Shown here one piece after another: positions 1 through 8,755 of a stretch of DNA of 57,221 bases. Source of the DNA: a bacterium (GTDB taxonomy: Bacteria > Hinthialibacterota > Hinthialibacteria > Hinthialibacterales > Hinthialibacteraceae). A program made the position numbers and the translations under genes. The notes under the pieces are model-generated. The model searched no databases. It worked only from the letters and a program-made list of their open reading frames with translations, and was not told the origin of the DNA. The DNA lies in assembly GCA_963663405.2 (NCBI GenBank), contig CAXXSM010000096.1, positions 1-57,221 on the forward strand, given 5' to 3'. Positions within the stretch are counted from its first letter, which is position 1, and each line of letters begins with the position of its first letter.

Positions 1-137
1 TCATTCTCAGGACTCACGATTACTGGCAATTCCGGTCTGGGAAGTGTTTGGACCTCGACAGGATTGATTATTGGTTGGGATTGAATCGACAACACGCACA
101 AATTAAATACGATAAAAACGACTAAAACATGTCTCAT
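1..137 (-). CDS. N-terminus of a putative secreted protein, truncated by the window edge
   Basis: Read manually, not in the ORF track: GAAGGAG RBS then ATG at 137, giving MRHVLVVFIVFNLCVLSIQSQPIINPVEVQTLPRPELPVIVSPEN, open to position 1, with a hydrophobic signal-like N-terminus. Confidence 0.7.
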   Translation of the reverse strand, partial: MRHVLVVFIVFNLCVLSIQSQPIINPVEVQTLPRPELPVIVSPEN

Positions 138-447
138 TTTTCTCTCCTTCTTCAGCGGCGCCCATTTAAAGCTGTGTAATGAAAGAATCATCAAAACCTG
201 TCACCAGTTCGTTTATAGTATAGGCAATTAGTGCATTTTTGTCCTAAAATAATTAATGGTATCACTGATCGCAAATCCATTTGCGGTCAAGCGTCCAGCG
301 AAGCAGAAACGCTTTTTCTACTCCATTCTTAACCTATCTTTATAAATTCCAGAATCAATAAATTCTATTTTATAATTTACGCATAGCGTCCTTCTGAAAA
401 AATCCTTATAATAACTTTATCTTTGTGGATATCATTAGGAGGAAAAG

Positions 448-1089
448 ATGGAAGTAAATCCAAAGAAAAAATCATTTACCCTCATCGAATTATTAATAGT
501 GGTCGCCATTATTGGAATCCTCGCCGCCATCGCCGTCCCGAATTTCCTAAACGCGCAAACCCGCGCCAAAATCGCGCGAGTACGTGGTGATTTGCAGGCT
601 TTGGGTCTGGCGATTGAAAGCTATCGCATCGATTACAACGATTTTCCTCTCCCACTGCGAAATGGACTTGTTTTGAATACGTACAATCACATCGCCAACT
701 GCATCGAACTCACAACACCCGTTTCGTATATCTCAACCGTCAGCATGGAAGATCCATTCATCCCCAGCCGGTTCTGGAACAATTCAGACCACGCTATCCA
801 TCCGACGTATGTCTACGTCAGTTATCAGGGAGACTGGGGAAAAGTCTGGGGCATGTCGGCGTACGGCGTGGAACTCCATCAGCTGCCCAATGGATTCGGA
901 CTCACTTCGCAAGGCCCAGACGACGCCGATTCAGGCGGTGTACACTACCCATTAAACGTCAAATTCGGAAACGATCTCAACGCCGCGAATTCCCATCTCT
1001 ATCACCCTTCCAACGGCCTGCGCAGCGGAGGAGACATCGTCCGCTTCGGAGGAGACGTGCCAGCCCCCAGCGCCACAGGCGGTGGATGA
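448..1089 (+). CDS. Prepilin-type N-terminal cleavage/methylation domain protein (pseudopilin, GspG-like)
   Basis: KKKS|FTLIELLIVVAIIGILAAIAVPNF N-methylation motif; AGGAGG RBS; C-terminal S.GPD and Y.PSNGL.S.GDI segments typical of this pilin class. Confidence 0.9.
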   Translation: MEVNPKKKSFTLIELLIVVAIIGILAAIAVPNFLNAQTRAKIARVRGDLQALGLAIESYRIDYNDFPLPLRNGLVLNTYNHIANCIELTTPVSYISTVSMEDPFIPSRFWNNSDHAIHPTYVYVSYQGDWGKVWGMSAYGVELHQLPNGFGLTSQGPDDADSGGVHYPLNVKFGNDLNAANSHLYHPSNGLRSGGDIVRFGGDVPAPSATGGG

Positions 1090-1218
1090 TTCGCGATGTA
1101 GCGAATGCGATGATAATAAGACAAATCGGCGTAACTTTATCCCTCCCTAAAAATTTCTTTGTATAATCAATAAAAATGTGATTTTAATCTACTTCGACCA
1201 GAAAAGCAGAGACTGACA

Positions 1219-2358
1219 ATGAAAATCGAACAAATCGAAGCCTTCCCCGTTCATTATCCAACCCGTGGACGGTTTAAATTTCTTGAAACGCCCGATGGAT
1301 CGCGGTGTTCGCGTGACGCGGTTCTCGTGAAAATCACCGCCGATGACGGGACAGTAGGCTGGGGAGAGAGCGTCCCCGTGCCCAAGTGGAGCGACGAAAC
1401 CCTGGAATCAGCCACAGCCGCCATCCGGCGCTATCTTGGACCCGCTTTGATCGGCCACGATCCATTCGATCTAGCAGGCGCTCATGCGATCATGAACAAG
1501 ACGATCTGCCCTATGTTTTCAACCGGCGCTCCGCTTTGTAAAGCCGGTGTGGATATAGCCCTGCACGATCTCGCAGCGAAAAGCGCAGGGCTTTCCCTCG
1601 CGAACCTGTGGGGAACCTCCGATGACGCTGAAATCACCTTCAGCTGGACGCTGAATCCTGCTACGTTAGATGATTTGGATCCCATGATCGAAGAAGGCTG
1701 GCAAAAAGGGTATCGGAATTTCAATGTCAAAGTCGCCCCCGATCCTGCGTTCGACTCCGAATTGTGTAGACGGGTGAAAGACCGTGTTCCCGATGGATTT
1801 CTCTGGGCCGACGCCAATGGAGGATATACTCTCGCTGACGCGTTAAGAGCCGCGCCGAAACTCGCGGACATCGGCGTCGATGTATTGGAAGCCCCGATTC
1901 GCCCCAACCAGATTTCCGGCTACCAACAGCTGAAACGCCAAGGCGCGCTTCCCATCTTGATGGATGAGGGCGTCATCGCGCCACGCGATCTCATTGAGTT
2001 TATCCGTCTGGATATGCTGGATGGCGCCGCGATGAAGCCATCCCGCTGCGGTGGTTTGCTCCCCGCCCGGCGGCAGATCGAGATTCTCTTGGAAGCGGGA
2101 TTGATGTTCCTCGGCAGCGGCCTTTCCGATCCGGATGTGACCTTGGCCGCCTCCCTCGCGCTTTTCGGGGGCTATGGATTGAAATATCCTGCAGCGCTCA
2201 ACGGGCCACAGTTCCTCAATCACAGCGTTATCAAAACACCCTTCCAACCGGAAAACGGAAAGATCAAAATCCCCCAAGGCCCTGGATTGGGAATCGAAAT
2301 AGACGAAGCAAAAATAGAAGAAATTTCAGCGGAGCGGACGATCACAGGCGCCACGTAA
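1219..2358 (+). CDS. Mandelate racemase/muconate lactonizing enzyme family protein (enolase superfamily)
   Basis: G.VGWGE, DIALHDL, DANGG, EAP, DEG and K.SRCGG metal and catalytic motifs. Confidence 0.9.
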   Translation: MKIEQIEAFPVHYPTRGRFKFLETPDGSRCSRDAVLVKITADDGTVGWGESVPVPKWSDETLESATAAIRRYLGPALIGHDPFDLAGAHAIMNKTICPMFSTGAPLCKAGVDIALHDLAAKSAGLSLANLWGTSDDAEITFSWTLNPATLDDLDPMIEEGWQKGYRNFNVKVAPDPAFDSELCRRVKDRVPDGFLWADANGGYTLADALRAAPKLADIGVDVLEAPIRPNQISGYQQLKRQGALPILMDEGVIAPRDLIEFIRLDMLDGAAMKPSRCGGLLPARRQIEILLEAGLMFLGSGLSDPDVTLAASLALFGGYGLKYPAALNGPQFLNHSVIKTPFQPENGKIKIPQGPGLGIEIDEAKIEEISAERTITGAT

Positions 2359-2376
2359 ACCGCATCATCAACGCGA

Positions 2377-3285
2377 TCAATACAACGCCCATTCCCCTAC
2401 ATCCGTCGCGATCCATACTCCATAATTCTCATCGATGAAATCAGAGAAAACCGCGGCGGAATCTTGATTGGCCGTGCGATTGGGATGAGAATCGCCGTCT
2501 TCACCGCCGTATTCAGCGCGCAGGCGGTTGGGATGATCGGGATCATCGCTTGGATACGCGAGGACATCAAACCAATCAAACACAGCGGCGTTATCCAAAC
2601 CGGGATTGGCCTCCAAGTATCCTGCAAGCCATTCGTTTTTCAACCAGTTATTATAGTCCCGCGCGCGTTGCGCTTCCGCGTCGTTAGTCTCATCCGAGGG
2701 ACCATAATTACGCGGTGGCGCAGTCACAGCGATAAATAAGATCTCAGGATGTTCGGCGAAAATTTGTTCCAACGGTTTATAGTCATAACCGTTTCTTGAA
2801 TATGTCCCCGCCGGATCATCATATTTTCGAAACACACTTTTGTAATTCGCCGTCGTTTGCGAGGAACTGAAAGGATCGCCCGGTTCTCTTCCCTCGCTGG
2901 AAATATTGCTGATCGGATAACAGCTTTTAAACATGATGATCGCGTTCCGCCCATCAGCGCAGTCAAAGCTTTCGATCCCCTCCAAATAATCATTAAACCA
3001 AAGAATCCAATGGTTCATATTCGTATTGTCTCCGGGAACTGAACCGAGAGATTCCGGCCTTCCCGAATCGGGAGAAAGAAAATCTCCATAATAAATATCG
3101 TTGACTTCATCAATAAACGACTTTCCTTGCAGCGTTGTGCGAAGCCCTTGTTGAAGAAAATTTTCGCCGCAGGAATGATGAATAAAAACGATATCGTCAT
3201 CCGGCGTCATCTCCTGCGCGCGGCTATTTATTGATAGAAACAACAGTAGGGCCATCAGAGTAAATATAAACGTATGTTTTTTCAT
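2377..3285 (-). CDS. Secreted hypothetical protein (SGNH-like fold suspected) with C-terminal W-x-L-Y motif
   Basis: Signal peptide ending SRA|Q; FIHHSCG, MFKSCYP and GDSHPN motifs; ends TDVGEWALY. Confidence 0.75.
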   Translation of the reverse strand: MKKHTFIFTLMALLLFLSINSRAQEMTPDDDIVFIHHSCGENFLQQGLRTTLQGKSFIDEVNDIYYGDFLSPDSGRPESLGSVPGDNTNMNHWILWFNDYLEGIESFDCADGRNAIIMFKSCYPISNISSEGREPGDPFSSSQTTANYKSVFRKYDDPAGTYSRNGYDYKPLEQIFAEHPEILFIAVTAPPRNYGPSDETNDAEAQRARDYNNWLKNEWLAGYLEANPGLDNAAVFDWFDVLAYPSDDPDHPNRLRAEYGGEDGDSHPNRTANQDSAAVFSDFIDENYGVWIATDVGEWALY

Positions 3286-3337
3286 GGATTCTATACCTCC
3301 ATTTGGTTGAATGACTGGAATTGCGTAAATCGATTGA

Positions 3338-4240
3338 TCAATTCGATTTCAGCGCTTTGGCTTTGTTCCACTGCGCGTAACTTTTCTCGATAAAAGAAGA
3401 GAAGACGTTGGCGGAATCCCTGTTGGCCGTTTGACTGGGATGGGAATCGCCGCTTTCACCGCCATTTTCAGCGCGAAGGCGGTTGGGATGACCGGGGTGA
3501 TCGCTGGGATAGGCGAGAACATCGAACCAATCAAATACCACAACATTATTGAATCCAGGATTGGCTTTATTGTATCCAGAAAGCCATTCGTTTTTCAACC
3601 AGTTATTATAATCACGAGCGCGTTGCGCCTCCGCGTTGTTTGTCCCATCGGATGGCCCGAAATGACGCGGTGGAGCGGTCACAGCGATGAATAGGATTCC
3701 CGGATGTTCGGCGAAAATTTGCTCCAACGGCTTATAGTCATACCCATTTTTTGAATACGTCCCCGCCGGATCTTCGTATTTGCGAAAAACACTCTTATAA
3801 TTTGCCGTCGTTTGCGAAGAACTGAACGGATCGCCCGGCATTTTTCCTTCGCTGGAGATATTGCTGATTGGATAACAGCTTTTAAACATAATGATCGCGT
3901 TCCGGCCATCAGCGCAATCGAATTTTTCGACTCCTTTTAAGTAATCATTAAACCAAAGAATCCAGTGGTTCATATTCGTGCTGTCACCGGGAACCGAACC
4001 GAGAGATTCCGGCCTTCCCGAATCGGGAGAAAGAGCATCCCCGTAATAAATATCATTGACTTCATTAATAAACGATTTCCCTTCCAGTGTGGAACGCAGC
4101 CCTTGTTCGAGAAAATTATTGCCACACGAATGATGGATAAAGACGATATCGTCCTCCGGCGACATTTTCTGCGCGTGTCCTTCCGTTGCGAGAAACAAAA
4201 CCATGGCCATCAAAGTGATGATAAACGTATGTTTTTTCAT
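3338..4240 (-). CDS. Tandem paralog of 2377..3285, lacking the C-terminal motif
   Basis: Start MKKHTF at 4240 after an AGGAGG RBS; long stretches identical to the neighbour; ends YAQWNKAKALKSN. Confidence 0.8.
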   Translation of the reverse strand: MKKHTFIITLMAMVLFLATEGHAQKMSPEDDIVFIHHSCGNNFLEQGLRSTLEGKSFINEVNDIYYGDALSPDSGRPESLGSVPGDSTNMNHWILWFNDYLKGVEKFDCADGRNAIIMFKSCYPISNISSEGKMPGDPFSSSQTTANYKSVFRKYEDPAGTYSKNGYDYKPLEQIFAEHPGILFIAVTAPPRHFGPSDGTNNAEAQRARDYNNWLKNEWLSGYNKANPGFNNVVVFDWFDVLAYPSDHPGHPNRLRAENGGESGDSHPSQTANRDSANVFSSFIEKSYAQWNKAKALKSN

Positions 4241-4389
4241 ATCCTCTCCTCCTAGTTGAATTTTCATTATGATATTGGTTTCAATAAATCGAATGGGCCG
4301 ATCAATCCGATTTTTAGCATTGTGCACAAAGACACTATATTACAAAAACATTAATATGTCATCGGCTTCTTCCTCAAATCACCTGTTCT

Positions 4390-5889
4390 TTATGCCCCAA
4401 GCGTCCCCCGGATAAAGATGGGATTGCTAAACGCCAGCAATTGATCCACCGGACGGCTATAGCGGTATACCTCAAAACGGTACCATTGGATCTCAGACCG
4501 CGCGTATTCGATGAACTTCAAATCACTGTCCCGCAGGGAAGAAAGTGGAGACTCACAATAAATCCCTTGATTCGACTTGATCCGGATAAAAGCCCCCGCT
4601 CCCACGCCATTAACTTGTACGCGCAGCTGGTACGGTTTCCCCACCGGCATACGCAATTCTCCCCCCATCAGCGCTACGCCGGAATTGGACTCCACCCAAA
4701 AACTAATCGCCGCTTCCAACGTCGCGTAACAACGCCCCTGTTTCAACGCGGGAATAATGAATGTTTCGGATACACCCTCTGATAGAACCAGCATTTTCGG
4801 CAGCCGGTCCACCAATGCGGCGCCCATCTCACCATGCGCCCCCTTCCCGCTGATCCCATAAATCCGCCGCTCCTGATTCAACAGCGAATCCCATAGATCG
4901 AACGTTTTCATAATCTCCGGAAACCGCTCTTCCCATAATCCACTCCAAACCTCCAGCAAATCGACGTGCGTCCAGTCCATCCTGTGCGAATTCCACAATG
5001 ACGGCGAACCGCTTGGTACCATGCTGAATGGATGCAACGCGCAGAACAATCCACCTTCAGAATGTGTCTGATAAATAATATCTGCTATCGCGAGTGGACG
5101 GGCGCCTTCAAACCAGCGAATATACTCGCGCGCGCCCAAGAGCAGCGCATGCCCAAAAAACGTCTCAATTTCCTGCCCGGAAAGAATCGAAAGCGGCGGC
5201 GATTCGGGCAGGGAATTCAACGGTGGAAGATCGTGATCCGAAATCGCTAGAAATTGATACCCGATCTCATGATACCGCCGCGCTGTCTCCGCAGGAGATA
5301 ACACGCCCACGCTCCGGCTTGTATGCTCGTGCAATTCTCCTAAATACCATTTGCATTCAGAAGGCTCCACATCCTCCGGTACACAGTCAAACATCAAATG
5401 GATTGGAAACGTTTCAATCTCCTCCGCCGTTTCAATCTGGATGGATAAAGCAGTTGGATTCGTATAGGCGGGGATCAGAACTTTCCACGCGCCCGAACCA
5501 ATGGAGCCCGGCAGGAATCCATCCAAGGCGTACCGCTCCCCAATCTCTTTCCACCCTTGAAACGAAGGATCCCACCGGCCTCGATACACGCCCTCCGCAT
5601 CAAAGATATACAACACGAACGAACGTGACTTCGCATATTGGAACATCGTGCCGATCGTATTCTTTAGAAACGCCTTCTGGACCTCCCCCACACTTGGATG
5701 ATCCGTGTATTGTTCAAACCATTCATTTTCTTCAATGGACTCAACCAACTCTCTCGGCGCCTGGATTTCGCAGAGAATCCGGACACGGCGAACATTCTCC
5801 CTCATTACAAATTCAAAAGAATAAAAACCCGGCAGATCCTCACCGCCAGTGAGTATCCTCTTTTCTAAAAGTGGCCGCCAGTTGGACAT
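4390..5889 (-). CDS. CehA/McbA-like PHP-domain metallohydrolase family protein with divergent metal ligands
   Basis: WYLGELHEHTSRS, AISDHD, GQEIETFFGHA, LHPF, EVWSG and AFSNPIF motifs; start placed at ATG 5889 with an AGGGA RBS. Confidence 0.75.
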   Translation of the reverse strand: MSNWRPLLEKRILTGGEDLPGFYSFEFVMRENVRRVRILCEIQAPRELVESIEENEWFEQYTDHPSVGEVQKAFLKNTIGTMFQYAKSRSFVLYIFDAEGVYRGRWDPSFQGWKEIGERYALDGFLPGSIGSGAWKVLIPAYTNPTALSIQIETAEEIETFPIHLMFDCVPEDVEPSECKWYLGELHEHTSRSVGVLSPAETARRYHEIGYQFLAISDHDLPPLNSLPESPPLSILSGQEIETFFGHALLLGAREYIRWFEGARPLAIADIIYQTHSEGGLFCALHPFSMVPSGSPSLWNSHRMDWTHVDLLEVWSGLWEERFPEIMKTFDLWDSLLNQERRIYGISGKGAHGEMGAALVDRLPKMLVLSEGVSETFIIPALKQGRCYATLEAAISFWVESNSGVALMGGELRMPVGKPYQLRVQVNGVGAGAFIRIKSNQGIYCESPLSSLRDSDLKFIEYARSEIQWYRFEVYRYSRPVDQLLAFSNPIFIRGTLGA

Positions 5890-6166
5890 TGAATCCCTAA
5901 ATAAATACAAATTTTTACTACAATCACAGAAGGAAGAAAGAAACACCATACCATATTTCCACCCTGAATTTTAGTCGTAACACTACCAAAATAGACCAAG
6001 AAATATCATATTTTCATAGATATAACATAATATATTACAAACTATAAATTAAATATTATATGTAATTAAATTAATATATTTTACTATTATTTCTTTCGAT
6101 AATTTGGTATAGTGAATGACGCTCTAACATCTTGGAAGAAGTATTCGCATCGAAAGGAGACGTATC

Positions 6167-7153
6167 ATGCGTAAAATTGGAATGTGGTTCGCTATCGGAA
6201 CTGTGGGCGCGCTCTGCTTTTCGCCAATCGGCGCAACGCAGACGGAGGATGAGTTGCTGGCAGTGGAACAAGAATTTAACGACGCCGTGAACGCTCATGA
6301 TGTTGACAAAATCATGACGTATTTCACGGATGATTCTGTCTACGACTTTGTCCCACAACCACCAGCGATGAATGGAAAAGAAGAAATCACCGCTTTCATT
6401 GAGGGACTCTTCGCAGGGATGCCCGATTTTAACATTGTCGAAAGACACAATCATGTGGCGGGCAATATTCTCGTTAGAGAGGCAGTCCTCCAAGCGACGC
6501 ATTTAGGCGTTTTATCGGGGATCCCTCCCACAGGAAACAGTCTGCAAATTTTACCCTTTCACATTTTTGAGTTTGAAGGGACTCAGGTAAAAAAGTCGAC
6601 TGAATATTTAGATATGCAAAGTCTATTAATCCAGATGGGCGTGATGCCGGCGGCCGAATTACCACCTTTGGAACCTTCATTCACTCTTCCCGATCCTGAA
6701 CCTTCCGGAATATCCTATTTTGAAACAGCGATTGAAAGTGATTCGCGTTGGAATTCCGGAGATTTAAATTCATTTATAAAACTATACCCAGCTGACGCTG
6801 ATTTTCTAATTGCGCCGCTCGGAATTCCATTGGATCGAAGCGCCTATGTCGCGGCGCAGGAAATATATTCAACCGCATTTCCTAACAGAATAATGGAAAC
6901 AGTTCGCAGGATTGATTGCGGTGATGGTTGGGTGGTTACTGAAGTGATTTTCAAAGGAACACATGATGGCCCTTATTTCGGGATTCCTGCAACAGGCCAA
7001 CCATTCGCAGTCAGAGGTGTGAATATCGTGCAAGCGAATGATGATGGATTTGTCACGTATTTACATACTTACTATGATGGGATCACATTGTTAGCTCAAT
7101 TAGGTTTAATGCCAACATCTTCATCTTCAGAAGCATGGGAATTATACAAATAA
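6167..7153 (+). CDS. Secreted protein with two SnoaL-like/ester cyclase domains and C-terminal W-x-L-Y motif
   Basis: Signal peptide; two repeats of FPD/FPN...THxGxxxGIPxTG; ends SSSSEAWELYK; AAGGAG RBS. Confidence 0.85.
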   Translation: MRKIGMWFAIGTVGALCFSPIGATQTEDELLAVEQEFNDAVNAHDVDKIMTYFTDDSVYDFVPQPPAMNGKEEITAFIEGLFAGMPDFNIVERHNHVAGNILVREAVLQATHLGVLSGIPPTGNSLQILPFHIFEFEGTQVKKSTEYLDMQSLLIQMGVMPAAELPPLEPSFTLPDPEPSGISYFETAIESDSRWNSGDLNSFIKLYPADADFLIAPLGIPLDRSAYVAAQEIYSTAFPNRIMETVRRIDCGDGWVVTEVIFKGTHDGPYFGIPATGQPFAVRGVNIVQANDDGFVTYLHTYYDGITLLAQLGLMPTSSSSEAWELYK

Positions 7154-7273
7154 TTTTAACCTCTACATTCATCCCACATTTCCTGCCGATCAATCTCTTC
7201 CGATCCCACAATCCTTAACTAGAATGCTAACATACATCACATCATACTATTCCCTTTCATTAAGCGAGCGCCT

Positions 7274-8755
7274 ATGAATTTTTGGGATCAAATCGCAGCG
7301 GAGAAACATCTATTGGATTACCCTCATTCCCCACATGGGCCGGTGGGGATGATCTATCCAAACGCATACTCGATTGGTATGGCGAGTTTAGGGTACCAGC
7401 AGGTTTACCGGCTGTTCCGGGAAGCGGGCATGGCGGTCGAGCGTTTCTTCTTTGACAAAAAAGGCCGTGAAACGCGCGGTGTGGAAAACCGGTCGCCACT
7501 ATTCCGAATTCCCATTCTGGCCGCTTCCTTCACGTACGAATTGGATTTAATCAATCTATTGAAAATGCTCCTGCGAGGCGGCGTGGAGATCTTATCCGAA
7601 CAACGGGGGGAAGAATTCCCCCTGCTTATCATCGGTGGGCAGGCGGCGTCCAACAATCCACGGCTTCTTGAACGTATCGCCGACGCCGTGGTTCTCGGAG
7701 AAGCCGAGGGTATCATCCCTCCCCTGACCGAAGCCCTCATTCAAACCAAAAACCAATCTCGGCGCGAAAAGTTAGAAACGATCGCGCAAATTCCCCATAT
7801 CTATGTCCCCCTCGTTCATGGAGAATCCGGCGCGGAACGGATACAGCCTTTCAGAATGGACCTATGCAATGCCCCTTCGTGCAACAGCGCAATACTCGCA
7901 AAAAATGACGAATTCGGTGGCGCTCTATTATTGGAATTATCCCGTGGCTGCTCTCATCGATGTAACTTCTGTGTTGTTCATTACCGCAACGGCCCGGCGC
8001 GGTATCGTGAGTATGGATCACTGATCGAGACACTTGAACGGCACAAGGATTCATATCACAAAGTGGGGCTTCTTGGAGCTGCGGTGGCTGGTCATCCTCA
8101 AGTAGAAGAAATCGCTGAATGGATTGTAAAACAAGGAAAACAAGTTTCGATCTCCTCGTTGCGGGTAGAAAAACTCTCCGGGAGCCTGCTCGATTCACTC
8201 CACCGGGGAGGGATGCAAACCCTCACGATCGCCCCCGAAACCGGATCGTTTGAGAGCCGGAAACGATTGCGTAAAGGCATTCAAGATGAGCGGTTCTTTG
8301 AACTGGCGGAACAAGCGGGCAAGCGCGGGTTTCCCAATCTCAAACTCTATTTCCTGATCGGCTGCCCCGAATCCGATCCGATGCGTGAAGCCGAAGAGAT
8401 CGCGCAATTTTCTGAACGAATTAACGAAATTTTTACAAAAAACGGGGGGCGCCGCCTCACCGCAGCCATCTCTCCCTTCGTTCCGAAACCGTATACCCCT
8501 TGGGCCGACGAACCATTCTGGAATCCGAAACAAGTCAAAAAAGCCTCCCGGCTGATCCGGAAATTATTGACATTCCGCGGCAACATTAAAACACCGCCCG
8601 TGAATGTAAAAGAAGCCCGCGCAGAAACCGTTCTCAGCTGGGCAGGTTCCGAAATCACAGAAGAATTGATCCAAATCGCAAGTGGAGACAATCCCCCCGA
8701 ATCCGCATTTATGGATTACGATCTCTCGCGCCTGCAAAGAGACAGCGCCTCTTAA
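7274..8755 (+). CDS. Radical SAM protein with N-terminal B12-binding-like domain
   Basis: YPNAYSIGMASLG N-terminal motif; SRGCSHRCNFC CxxxCxxC; APETG; FVPKPYTP. Confidence 0.85.
   Translation: MNFWDQIAAEKHLLDYPHSPHGPVGMIYPNAYSIGMASLGYQQVYRLFREAGMAVERFFFDKKGRETRGVENRSPLFRIPILAASFTYELDLINLLKMLLRGGVEILSEQRGEEFPLLIIGGQAASNNPRLLERIADAVVLGEAEGIIPPLTEALIQTKNQSRREKLETIAQIPHIYVPLVHGESGAERIQPFRMDLCNAPSCNSAILAKNDEFGGALLLELSRGCSHRCNFCVVHYRNGPARYREYGSLIETLERHKDSYHKVGLLGAAVAGHPQVEEIAEWIVKQGKQVSISSLRVEKLSGSLLDSLHRGGMQTLTIAPETGSFESRKRLRKGIQDERFFELAEQAGKRGFPNLKLYFLIGCPESDPMREAEEIAQFSERINEIFTKNGGRRLTAAISPFVPKPYTPWADEPFWNPKQVKKASRLIRKLLTFRGNIKTPPVNVKEARAETVLSWAGSEITEELIQIASGDNPPESAFMDYDLSRLQRDSAS

Noticed and set aside
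5094-5852. Long antisense and alternative-frame ORFs (this 252-aa one and many shorter ones in the track)
   Set aside because: They overlap well-supported genes, lack RBS or motifs, and have shadow-ORF composition
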